Of a DNA stretch of 64,000 nucleotides, positions 26,507-38,281 are shown one piece after another. A program made the translations under genes and the position numbers. The number at the start of each line of letters is the position of its first letter. Position 1 is the stretch's first letter. Below the pieces are notes generated by a model, which was not told where the DNA came from, did no database searches, and saw nothing but the letters and a program-made list of their open reading frames with translations. Source of the DNA: Octopus vulgaris (taxonomy: Eukaryota); the NCBI GenBank assembly GCA_951406725.2, contig OX597822.1, positions 99,262,001-99,326,000 on the forward strand, written 5' to 3'.

Positions 26507-26787
26507 AACATATTTAGAATAAAATATTGAAAAGCATAAATTTCACAAAGTATGTAATTTGTGCTCAGCGGTTGTTTCAATTGCATAAAACGTAATTAAA
26601 ACACATAATTAATTTAGTTAAAAGTGATGTACTACCCATATTATCACTAATATTTTAAATGAATTATGCATTTTAATTATGTAATTACATAAATGTTTTT
26701 TATGCAATTGAAATGGCCATTGAGCATAATTAAATTATAAACCTTATTCAAAATTTACACTTTACTCCTTTTTATCTTAAATATGTT
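26507..26787. repeat. Degenerate AT-rich foldback element
   Basis: aacatattta...tgctca...tttcaattgcataaaa is mirrored by ttttatgcaattgaaa...tgagca...taaatatgtt. Confidence 0.7.
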
Positions 26788-28789
26788 GCCTTCAAAAATG
26801 TGTCACCAGTTGAGTATTTAATTGCCATGGATATATTTTTGATGTTTGTACTTCAATACTATATACATTTTAAGTTCTAAACACCAAACATATAGGCTGT
26901 ATATTTCGTTAGAAATATAATTAAAAAAAAAAACTTATATGTTAGCAGTCATTTTATTTTATTTTATTTATTAATTATTTTTTTTTTTTAAAGAAACACA
27001 ATCCAAAGATACTGTACATTTGGAAACTGAGAAACAACAAATAAACTGTCATGCATGAGTGAGCATAGTTGATAACACTTTACTGTGTCAGTCAAGCGAG
27101 CACAACCACACTGCCAATGCAGTAAGAGTCAAAGCGTTAAAATTCTGTGAGTGCAAATAACTAAGTCGCTTCATGTAATTGTGGTCTGATGTCATTGCTG
27201 TAGGCAGTCAAGTAGGAACTGAGAAACTTACAAGCAAGGATTGCATGTAAAGAACAAGAAATATCAGATAAAGAAAAAAGGGCCTCTTAAAAAAGCAGTC
27301 TTGCAAGATATACCTTAAACCAATAATTTTCTTGAATTAAAAGTTTTGAATAAGGGTCTTTTTTTTTTAAGAGCAGCTTATCATCTACCACCTAAATAAA
27401 CATGTCGAAGTTCATAGAATACACTAAATGTGAACAAACTTTAAATAATGCCAAGATTGAAGAGTATACCATATGTTGAGAGCCTCATTTGAAAGTGATG
27501 AAAACACTCTCTTACTTGTTTCAGTCATTTAACTGTGGCCATGCTGGAGCACTGCATTTAGTTGAGCAAATCGACCCCAGGACTTATTCTTTGAAAGCCT
27601 AGTACTTATTCTATCAGTCTCTTTTGCCGAACCGCTAAGTTACGGGGACCTAAACACACCAGCATCGGTTATCAAGCGATGTTGGGGGGGGGAACAAACA
27701 CAGACACCCAAACATACACACACACACATATATATGACAGGTTTCTTTCAGTTTCTGTCTACAAAATCCACTCACAAGGCTTTGGTTGGCCCGAGGCTAT
27801 AGTAGAAGACACTTGCCCAAGGTGCCACGCAGTGGGACTGAACCTGGAACCATGTGGTTGGTAAGCAAGCTACTTATCACACAGCCACTCCTATACTGTG
27901 ACTGAAAAAAAAAACCAAAAAACAAAGAGGCCTGTTGTCAACTATGAACTTAACAAGTCTGTAATGAAGAGGCTTAACTCTAACTTCCCAGTTTAGAAAT
28001 CCTTTCAAAGTTTTGGTAATGTCTTTATATTTTTAAAACAGATTTTGTGTGCAATAAGTATATATTTTTTATTAATTTTTAAGCCTTTATTGATCATCAT
28101 GATGTTAATTAATAATTTTGACATTACCAAATATGTTAATTGGTCAACTGTTTGGAGAAGAATTTTTTAATCAGTATATTGTTAGTTGGTAATTGTTAGC
28201 GAATTGCTGCCACTGAATTCTCTTATGACCATTGAGAGGTCAATTGCATGCGTGTGTGCATATGTATGTGTGTCAGTCATAATTAACTGTAATGGAATTA
28301 CAGTCCACTATTAGTCATGCCAAGATGAAATTAGAGTTTCATATCTAAAATAACACACAAGGTTGAAAAACAAAAGACAATATTCTAAAGTTTTTAGGCT
28401 TAAAACATTGCTGAAAACAGCAAAGAGAGAAATACCTATCGCACAACAATTAGATATATTTGGAACCATATGTGGATGATGAAAGAGCAGAATGGGTCTG
28501 CCCAATGTGGCTTTTGATTATTTTTTTATTTCTGAATTCACAGATTTGAAGAAAACTCTCATAAGTTTTGTATCCATGAGGAGTGGAGAAGCTAACAGAA
28601 AGTGTGTTGCTGCTTTGGTTGTAAACTAATAAAGTGTACTCTTCTATGGTCTAATTCTTGCTGAAATAGACAATAACCAATTTCTTAAGATTCCAGAGTT
28701 TATCCCATTTTCATTTATTAGCACCTAGGTAGGATATTCCATTCTACACAAGTCTATCAGAATTTGTAGGGAAATTCAACTTCTGAGCA

Positions 28790-29010
28790 TGCTATTGGTT
28801 TGTTGCAGGTGGCTAAGTATACAGATTGATCGCTAGCCACTAAACCTTTTTAATTTTCTCTCTCTGCTTATTTCTGTGTTCTTTTCTGCTGAAGAGCGTA
28901 GGCTCGAAACATAAAAGACTTTTTCACCTCCCGAGTGTTAAGCTAATACATCTGTTTGTTGTTTACACACCCATCTTTGTCTTTTGTTTTTTTTGTAAAT
29001 TCCAACTATA
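28790..29010 (+). mobile_element. Penelope-like terminal-repeat relic with degenerate hammerhead-like core (related to about 46100-46270)
   Basis: CTGAAGAgcgtaggctcGAAACATA here and CTGATGAaggacaaattgtctGAAACATC near 46165. Both are followed by taa.ctaataca.ctgtt. Confidence 0.5.
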
Positions 29011-29289
29011 CAGAAATATACTTAACTGATATAACGAGTTGAGGGCTACATCAAGAGAATTGTTAAATAAGAGAAGGATTTGAATATTTTTGAGCACAAT
29101 GATGGCAAAAAGGAGATCAAGTATTATTAAATATTCTAGCTTAATACTTGTAAACTTGCATTAATAAAATAACAAAGTATTATAATGCTTTATAAGCCAG
29201 GGATAAACTTTAGAAATAACATTTCAAGTTCTCAACATCCATGACAGTTCAGGAAAAGTTGGCAATAGCATTTGTCTTGCAATTCTTAC

Positions 29290-29340
29290 CTTTTTAACAT
29301 CACGTATAAGGTACCGGAGAGTATTTGTTGGTCCATGTCG
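29290..29340 (-). CDS. TRPM3: TRPM1/3-like channel short exon (RHGPTNTLRYLIRDVKK)
   Basis: 51 nt, phase 0/0, tgttttcAG|CGA...AAG|GTAAGA. Matches TRPM3 RHGPSNTLYHLVRDVKK. Too short for the ORF track. Confidence 0.93.
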
Positions 29341-29431
29341 CTGAAAACATTAAGAAAAGGTATATATTATAAAACAGTAACTACACACACACACACACAT
29401 TAGTATGGTTTACATGAAGCATTGTCAAATA

Positions 29432-30340
29432 CTGGGTCATCCTGTAAGTAATGCAGGTTTTTCAATTGCATGAAGTAAAAGTTGGAAGGGGACAGGATAA
29501 ACTACCTGCATCAACTTACTATAAAAGCTGGGAGTTATTTTACCTTGTACTTATTCTTAGTGCAAGGTTTGAAGAGTGCAGTTCGATTTTAACAATTATT
29601 TTTACAAGGCTATAATGGAACATATTCGGCATATTTTGCTTTATGAGTTCAATAAAGGCAACAACACAATGGAAAATGTGAGGAATATTAATGCAGTATA
29701 TGGGGATTGGACAATATGCATAAGCCAGTCTAACTGTGGTTCCAGAAATTCTGAGCTGGAAACTACAGCCTAGAAGATGAGCCTAGTCCTGGAAGATCTG
29801 TAGAGGTCAATGAGGATGTTTTGCAATCTCTGGTGGAACAAAATCCCCTCGTAAATATTGAGGAACTAGCAGACAAGCTTGGATTTGGTCATCCAACCAG
29901 TCATTTAAGTCAGTGCTAGAAGAAAAATGACCATCTTTGGTTTCAAGATGAAAGGTGTTCTTCCATCAGGATAATGCTCAGCCACATACAGCGAGGATGA
30001 CATTCCAAAGGCTAGAGCAATTTGAATGGGAAACGATGCTCCACCCACCATATTCGCTGGACACTGCTCCATCTCATTATCATTTATTCTGCAGCCTTCA
30101 AAATTATTTGGACAGAAAAAATATGAATTCTGTAGATGTAGTCAGAACAGTAGTGGAGAAGTATTTTTCATCACAGACAAGTGAATTTTGGAAGGGGAGC
30201 CTTGCAAGTTTACCAAACAGAGGAAAAAGCATTGTAGAAGATGAAGAAGAGTATATTTTATATTAAAAAAGAACTTTGTTTATCTTAATTTTGAAAAATA
30301 AAAAGTATAAAATAAGCGCATCATTTATGGGTTGACCCAA
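29432..30340 (+). mobile_element. Internally deleted mariner element
   Basis: TA-flanked TIRs ctgggtcatcc / gggttgacccaa. N-terminus MEHIRHILLYEFNKG and C-terminal FHQDNAQPH...HPPYSLDTAPSHYHLF (degenerate YSPDLAPSDYHLF). Confidence 0.9.
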
Positions 30341-30479
30341 TATAGGTAAATGTTTTCAATTTTATTCTTTTAAAGGCCAAAACAATGCAAATTATAAAAA
30401 TAATACAAGGTTTTCTGTGGAAGGTGTCCAAATACTGAAATATTGAAATACCAGATAAAACTACCAATCTATATTTTTA

Positions 30480-30900
30480 TATCTTGCATGGTTTCGGCTC
30501 AGATTAATATCCCCTCTGTTCTGAAGCTGGAGTGATTATCCAGAAGTGATGGGAAGAGACCGGATGGTCTTATCCTCTGTCCCTGGGTAAGAAGTTGGTG
30601 CCTCATCTGGGACACCGTGATCTGTGACTCTTTTGCTCCCTCTCACATCCTGGATGCTTCAGTAAATGGGAGGGCCACTGCTTCCCTGAAGTATTGGAAA
30701 TTGGCAGTGAACTGTCTCTTCCAACCTGTGGCATTTGAGATGTTTGGAGGGATTGCAAAGTTCTTGTCATCGTTGGCAGTTTGCCTCACCAAGGTGTCAC
30801 ATGATGTCCGTGAGGGCACTTGGCTTTCCAAATGCCTTAGCCTCACCATCACCCATGGTAATGCTGCAAGCATGCTGGCTTACTTCAGTAGGTTCCATTG
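30480..30900 (+). mobile_element. 3' relic of a CRE-like non-LTR retrotransposon (restriction-like endonuclease domain)
   Basis: Translation RSDGKRPDGLILCPW...CLIWDTVICDSFAPSH...FQPVAFE...LSLTITHGNAASML follows the CRE-type RLE pattern DGKRPDG..PW..WD..D..APS..F.P...E..RLS....GNA. Confidence 0.75.
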
Positions 30901-32184
30901 AACCTTGTGGTCTGCAAATTGGTCTGCAACCAATTGAAACACTTGGTGCTGCATTGATGTTTTTCCTTTCTTTTCTTCCTCCCTTTTTTCTTTGTCTTCT
31001 TTTGTGCTACATATGTATAATGATAATAATTATAATAGATCATTATAGGCTAAATCATATCAAGTTGTAAGAAACCTAGTTCTGTACTCCCTTGTTTAAT
31101 TGTTAATATATACTTATATATAATGCAGTAATTGAATAGAAAGGCTTGTTTAGAGTGAAATGGTAAAATGCATTATCTTAAACATTTAAAATAGCTATGA
31201 TATAAAACTTAAGCCTTGACATTTATACCAAACTCCTTTCATATTAATCCACGCAAGACCACCCTTGTTTCCAAGCAAGGTAATATTCTTCCATGTCCAG
31301 ACATGTTCTCACAGAATATTGGAGACGAATGGCACTGTTTGTACGAAACTAACACTCATTTAAAACTCACACATGATGCCAAGACAAGAAGACAAACATA
31401 CATAGACACACACCTGGCCTGGGGCTATAATAGAAGACACCTGCTCAAGATGTCATACAATGGCCTGAACCTGAAACTACTAAAACACATAGCCACACAT
31501 ACACACACATATTATAGACATATACATTTGTCTGTATACAAGAGAGAGAGGGAAACAGTCAGATGGTTTCCTAAGAAATATTTGCAACAAAACCATATGT
31601 TTAGTGGCTAACACACACCTATCTCACAATAATCAAATCACAATTACATTTTATGTTTTTGAAGGTCATGTATCTATGCATACACAAGGATATGTATCCT
31701 GAAATTTTACACACAACAATAATTTACGAGATCTGAGCATCGTTATTACAAATTGAAAAAAAAAAAAATTATTAAAATAAAACGAGGTTTGACACATATA
31801 TACATATTTTCTAAACAATCATTTTCACGCTATTATTACTGCCAATATAAATTCTTCCTCATGTCATGTTAAAGACAAAAAGAAACAAAGCCTTCTAAAG
31901 GAAATTCTTTTCTTATTTTCGAAAAATAATTTCACAGATCTATGAAATATGAAGATATCTCAACCTTTTTATTATCATATTTCTCCTTTTGCTTAAATTA
32001 ATTTTGAAAATAACGAACCTTGTCATTATTAAGCTGGTTTTTGAAAAATACATTAGCATTAAATTTTGATGGAAGGTTTCAATTTAGATAAATTTAACCC
32101 TTCTCTTACCATATTTCTGTCTAAATATACTTTATTTCAATTAATTTTGAAAATAAAGAACTTATTAAAATAATTCTGACGTTA

Positions 32185-32600
32185 TAGGTGCAGGAGTGGC
32201 TGTGTGGTAAGTAGCTTGCTAACCAACCACATGGTTCCGGGTTCAGTCCCACTGCGTGGTACCTTGGGCAAGTGTCTTCAACTATAGCCTTGGGCCGACC
32301 AAAGCCTTGTGAGTGGAATTGGTAGATGGAAACTGAAAGAAGCCCGTCGTATATATGTATATATATATATGTATGTGTGTGTGTGTTGGTGTGTCTGTGT
32401 TTGTCCCCCTAGCATTGCTTGACAACCGATGCTGGTGTGTTTATGTCCCCGTTACTTAGCGGTTCGGCAAAAGAGACCGATAGAATAAGTACTGGGCTTA
32501 CAAAAGAATAAGTCCCGGGGTCGAGTTGCTCGATTAAAGGCGGTGCTCCAGCATGGCCGCAGTCAAATGACTGAAACAAGTAAAAGAGTAAGAGTAAGAG
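32185..32600 (+). mobile_element. tRNA-derived SINE family A with internal microsatellite (+ copies also at about 9800-10200, 52084-52460, 55408-55700)
   Basis: Pol III A box gtggctgtgtggt and B box ggttcagtccc, central (TA/TG)n, 3' tail aaacaagtaaaagagtaagag. Many similar copies. Confidence 0.9.
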
Positions 32601-33242
32601 TTATTATACAGGAACATAATTCAAAATAAAATTTTGATGGAAGGTTTTAATTTAGCTCATTTTAAGACAAGGAATTTGTATATTAGAACCAAGAGTGGTT
32701 TCAAATGGGTTGATATTGAAAGGGTGAAAACACGAAGTTTGTATCATAGAGCCAGGGTCAGTCTCATCTGGGTTGGTAACAAAAGGGTTAAATATTGAAT
32801 TTAAACCTGATTTTAGCAGGTACTGAATATCGGTGAGGTGTTTGGGTTTAGCAAATTCATGTGAAGGAGCCATACCCAATACAACGCTTGAGCTGTAACA
32901 GTTATTACAGGATGTGTTGTTTATAAAGCCATAGATTGCTGTCGTCATCCCCCAAAATCATTTCATGTAGATGACAAATGCTAAAATTTTATTATCAGTT
33001 GATGCTGAAATTCTGTCAGTTCACCACTAGATAGCGCTACCATTCCAAGTCATTGATAAACAAATTGGAAGGAATATTTTTTTCTTGCATGAAGTGCAAA
33101 AAATAGTATCCAAATCTCTCTGAAATAGTACTCTACCATCTTAGAAAAAGAACACATATGATAGTGTAATCCTGCTCATAGGTAAAAGACAGGACAGTCA
33201 CAATTGAAATGCATTTTGTCAAAGCTCTGTTAGATCAGGAAT

Positions 33243-33657
33243 TGGATCTTTTCGGTTTGAACGGCAGTTTTTTCTAGCGGTGTCATATGAAATTGTCACC
33301 CATAATTATGACCCTAGTATCGATTTATTGCATTTCAAACTGTTTTAGGGTTAGGGTTAGGGGTGGGGGAAGGGTATCTTTTTTTCTTCACAAATGTAAA
33401 TAAACCCAATCTGGTTCTTAAATGAGGGACATTTTCATACAGCACAGAATGTTTTCACCCCAATAGACGTCATTGATTGGTTGAAATTGCAGAAATTGAA
33501 GAAAAACAACAAATATCTTACAAACTATAGAATTTTGTCAATAAAGCCAAGAGAAAAAGATGTTTTATAAACACATTCTACCAGTATATGAAGTTTAAAA
33601 GTCTTTAGTTACGTGGAAATTATTTTAAAAAACTGCTGTTCAAACCGAAAAGATCCC
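33243..33657. mobile_element. TIR element (MITE) carrying (TTAGGG)3
   Basis: TIRs (g)ggatcttttcggtttgaacggcag. Imperfect 6-bp flanking duplication aggaat/agaaat. A second copy lies at 58657-59062 in the opposite orientation. Confidence 0.85.
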
Positions 33658-33945
33658 AGAAATGTGACCTGGAGTTGCTATTTCTTTCTACTGATTCCCC
33701 TTTTTTTTCTTTCTTTTTTGTTGTTTCCATATCAGGCATAAGGCCAATGTTGATCATTTTTAGAGGGGGCGAAAATTCTATCCAACTTATTACTAACACT
33801 AACACAAGGCCAGGTGTTTTAAGGAGGAGACAACCAATTGAATTGATTCCTGTATATGACTGGTGTTTTATTTTATGGACTCCTTTCCTTCAAGGATAAA
33901 AGGAGAAATTTCACCTGAACAGGTATTGAATACAGAATATTAAGG

Positions 33946-36900
33946 AATATACTTAAGATTAGATTAGTGCTTCATCATAGTTTAGCAACCATTATATCAG
34001 CCTATGCTCCTCAGTCGGGGCTACCCGATGGACAGAAAGACCGATTCTATGACACTCTACTGCAGACTACCTCGTTGACGAACGACAGAGACCTTATCTT
34101 TGTGGCTGGTGACTTCAATGGTCACGTTGGACGACATGCTGGGGGCTTCCATGGCGTACATGGAGGCTATGGCTATGGCTCCCGCAACGAGGAGGGAACC
34201 AGGCTGCTGGAGTTCTGCGATGCAAATAATCTTATGATTTGCAACACTAACTTCAGGAAACCTACCAGCCACCTAGTCACTTACCAATCGGGCCAACATA
34301 CCAGCCAAATTGACTACATCCTTACAAGGCAAAGGGAGAGATGGCTGCTTATAAATGCCAAAACCTTCCCAGGTGAAGAATGTACCCCACAACATAGACT
34401 GGTAGTTAGTGACTTTAGGATCAGGACTAGGAGGACAACCAGAAGACGACAAATATGGAGAAGAAGGATCTGGAAGCTTAAAGATCCTGCAAATGGACAG
34501 AGATTTAGGGACATATTACTTGAAGCCTCTGACGAAGTAGAAGGGGATAGAGCATCACAGGGGGTAGAAGACAGCTGGACGTTTCTAAGGGACAACCTGC
34601 TGAGAGCCACTGACCAGATCTGTGGCTGGTGCAAAGTCCCCTCTCGACCTAGAATAACGTGGTGGTGGAACAATATTGTAGACAGGGCTATTAGAGAAAA
34701 GAGACAGGCTTGGAAGGTCTGGAAAAATGGGGGTAGCAGGGAATTGTATCAGACTGCCAAAAGAGAAGCTAGGAGACAGGTTTATTTAGCCAGAGGGGAA
34801 GCAGATAAGAAAAAATTTGCCAATGTTCTGTGCCGTGAGGACCAAAGACTAGAGGTGTTTCGTGTTGCAAGACAGTGTGTGAGAGAGAATCGTGATGTGG
34901 TAGGAGAGAAGTGTGTTCGCATGGAAGATGGTTCACTTGCGCTAAATGAGGATGCAAAGAGATAGGTTTGGAGATGCTACTATGAAAGGTTGCTGAATGA
35001 AGAAAATGAATGGGATAAAGAGAGTCTGCCGAATGTTGACCCAACAGAGGGACCAGCTATCCGAGTTGATAGTTCCGTGGTAGCTAAGGCAATTAGAAGC
35101 ATGAAGACAGGGAAAGCCCCAGGCCCATCAGGAATCACTGCAGAGATGCTCAAAATGTCTGGTAGTGTCGGCTATAGCCTAGTCACCCGTATAGTTAATC
35201 AGGTGATACACAAAGGGGTCATACCCAATGACTGGTGTAGCAGTATAATAGTCAACTGCTACAAAGGTAAAGGTGATGCCCTAGATACAAATAACTACAG
35301 AGGTATCAAGCTGTTGGACCAGGTGATGAAGGTTACGGAGAGGGTCATAGCCCAACTAATTAGAGAGAGAGTTAGTTTAGATGAGATGCAGTTTGGGTTT
35401 GTGCCAGGGAAAAGTACTACTGATGCTATATTCCTGGTAAGGCAGCTGCAGGAGAAATACCTAGCCAAAGATAAGCCCCTGTACCTGGCTTTTGTTGACA
35501 TGGAGAAAGCCTTCGACAGGGTCCCCCGATCCCTTATCTGGTGGGCAATGAGGAAACTAGGGATAGATGAATGGTTAGTGAGAGCTGTGCGGGCCATGTA
35601 CAGGGACGCCGCTAGTAGGGTGAGGGTTGGAAATGTGTACAGTGAAGAATTCCGGGTAGAGGTAGGAGTCCACCAAGGCTCAGTACTCAGCCCCCTCCTA
35701 TTTATCATAGTCCTCCAGGCAATAACGGAGGAACTCAAGACAGGATGCCCTTGGGAGCTCCTCTATGCTGATGACCTTGCTCTAATTGCTGAGTCGCTAT
35801 CAGAACTGGAGGAGAAGTTTCAGGTGTGGAAACAAGGATTAGAATCGAAGGGCCTCAGAGTCAATCTAGCTAAAACCAAAGTCGTAATCAGTAGGAAGGT
35901 AGACAAATCACAAACACCTTCAGGTAGATGGCCCTGCTTGATCTGTAGAAAAGGTGTAGGTAGAAACTCTATAAGATGCACCAAGTGTAAGCTATGGACA
36001 CATAAGAGATGCAGCAATGTCAAAGGAAGGCTAACTAGGAAGATGGTTTTGTATGTGGCAGATGCTCAGGAACAATAAACACTGAAAATGCTCTGAGACC
36101 AACTTCCGTCACTTTCCAGGGAGAAAAACTAGAAATAGTTGATAGTTTCCGTTACCTAGGTGACCAAGTCAGCAGCGGGGGCGGGTGTGCTGAAAGTGTA
36201 ACTGCTAGAGTAAGAATAGCTTGGGCAAAGTTCAGAGAGCTCTTACCTCTGCTGGTGACAAAAGGCCTCTCGCACAGAGTGAAAGGCAGACTGTATGATG
36301 TGTGTGTACGAACAGCCATGCTACATGGCAGTGAAACATGGGCCGTGACTGCTGAGGATATGCGTAAGCTCGCTAGAAATGAAGCCAGTATGCTCCGATG
36401 GATGTGTAATGCCGGTACTCACACTCGGCAGAGTGTAAGTACCTTGAGAGAAAAGCTGGACCTAAGAAGCATCAGTTGTGGTGTGCAAGAGAGACGTTTG
36501 CGCTGGTATGGTCATGTGGCGAGAATGGATGAAGATAGTTGTGTGAAAAAGTGCCACACCCTAGCGGTTGAGGGAACCTGTGGAAGAGGCAGACCCAGGA
36601 AAACCTGGGACGAGGTGGTGAAGCACGACCTTCGAACTTTAGGTCTCACTGAGGAAATGACTAGAGACCGAGACCTCTGGAAGTGTGCTGTGCGCGAGAA
36701 GACCCGGCAGGACAAGTGAGTCCATAACCCGTGGCCTTCTAAATGGGATGGAGCCAGCCTACGTATGCATACCTTCCCTTCTTGGGACACAAAACTCTAC
36801 TTGTGAAGACGTGATGAGGCAAGTGAGGATCAGAATCGAAATCGATCAATGGAAATTGTGGATGTGCTACCAGTGCCGGTGGCATGTCAAAACTCTGCTT

Positions 36901-37331
36901 GTGAAGACCTGTTGAGGCAAGTGACGATCAGAATCGAAATCGATCAATGGAAATCGATCAATGGAAATTGCAGATGTGTTACCAGTGCCGGTGGCATGTA
37001 AGAGAACTTTCCGTTTCGCGACCGTTGCCAGCACCGCCCCGTTTCGTGTCCGTTGCCAGCCTCGCCTGGCCCTCGTGCCGGTGGCACATAAAAAGCACCA
37101 TCCGTTCGTGGCCGTTTGCCAGCTCTGTCTGGCACCAGTGCGGGTGGCACGTAAAAAGCACCCACTACACTCACGGAGTGGTTGGCGTTAGGAAGGGCAT
37201 CCAGCCGTAGAAACACTGCCAGATTTGACTGGGCCTGATGAAGCCTTCTGGCTTCACAGACCCCAGTAGAACCGTCCAACCCATGCTAGCATGGAAAACG
37301 GACGCTAAACGATGATGATGATGATGATGAT
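33946..37331 (+). mobile_element. RTE-clade LINE, 5'-truncated, nearly intact (partial APE endonuclease + RT + Cys/His finger, 3' UTR, (GAT)n tail)
   Basis: APE motifs AYAPQ, GDFNGH, QIDYIL, PQHRLV. RT motifs NYRGIKLL, FVDMEKAFDRV, GVHQGSVLSPLLF, YADD. C-terminus RLRWYGHV...GRGRPRKTW. One in-frame TAG at 34963-34965 and one frameshift near 36050. ORF ends at 36719. Antisense to the host gene. Confidence 0.96.
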
Positions 37332-38049
37332 AACTAGATATTGCAAGGCATCAAGACACTGTCTTTGTTGCTCAACCAATTCTGCTATTCAGTACATGTA
37401 ACACTTTCAGATAAAGAATAATTATAAATTTTTTTCAGATAATAAATTGAGAGAAATGGAATTACTAAGACCATACTTTTAACAGTCTTGTTTCTCCTAA
37501 CTGTTTCATCGGAATAACAAATAATAGACAAATAATAGACTGTGGAAGTCTTCAATCATGACATCATAATTTTCACATGTTACTAAAGAGCTCAGATAAT
37601 ATGAGTAAATCAATTGAAAGTAATTACAGTAGCAAATTTTCTTTATGGCTAAAGACTATTTCCAAGCGCCCACACATACTGTCACTCCTAAGAAGTTTGT
37701 CTGTTGAGAAACATTAAAACTGTCAAAAACAGAAATTTCTTCTTGTAACTAATTGCAAATTAAAGAGAACACAGATGCAAAACAAAAGCAAAAAGGACAA
37801 AATTGCATTCAATATATTGTACGGAAGTTGGATATCATTCAGAGACTGTGTCAGAAATTGAACTTAAAATGTACGATGGAGATGATGTTTCAGTCTTGTT
37901 GAGGACAAGACAGTCTCTCTATTCATGGTACCACAATGCATTCAATACATTCTGCAAAGTGGTGGGCGTAAGGAAGGGCATCCAGCTATAAGGTTCTCCA
38001 AGTCATTTAGGAGAGCAGCAACTCCAAATAAGAACCACCTCAGATTGCC

Positions 38050-38281
38050 TATTTTTTTACTACCCACAAGGGGCTAAACACAGAGAGGACAAACAAGGAC
38101 AGACAAACGGATTAAGTCGATTACATCGACCCCAGTGCGTAACTGGTACTTATTTAATCGACCCCGAAAGGATGAAAGGCAAAGTCGACCTCGGCGGAAT
38201 TTGAACTCAGACCGTAATGGCAGACAAAATACGGCTACGCATTTCTCCTGGCGTGCTAACGATTCTGCCAGCTCGCCGCCT
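38050..38281 (-). mobile_element. SINE family B, full-length copy
   Basis: Closely similar to 2205-2437 and 8225-8470. Confidence 0.88.

Noticed and set aside
27085-27130. A genuine miR-34 gene
   Set aside because: The match stops after 13 nt (GUGCUCGC instead of AGCUGGUUG) and there is no complementary star arm typical of pre-miR-34. Kept only as a weak note.
31163-31180. miR-277-like sequence aaatgcattatct
   Set aside because: Short AT-rich match on the strand opposite the gene, with no hairpin.
32185-32260. tRNA genes
   Set aside because: The A/B boxes belong to SINE heads that continue into repeat bodies. No full cloverleaf.
33346-33363. Telomere or chromosome fusion site
   Set aside because: Only three TTAGGG units, and they are an internal part of a MITE present twice in the window.
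35295-35738. 147-aa minus-strand ORF and other ORFs antisense to the LINE
   Set aside because: Shadow frames of the RTE reverse transcriptase.
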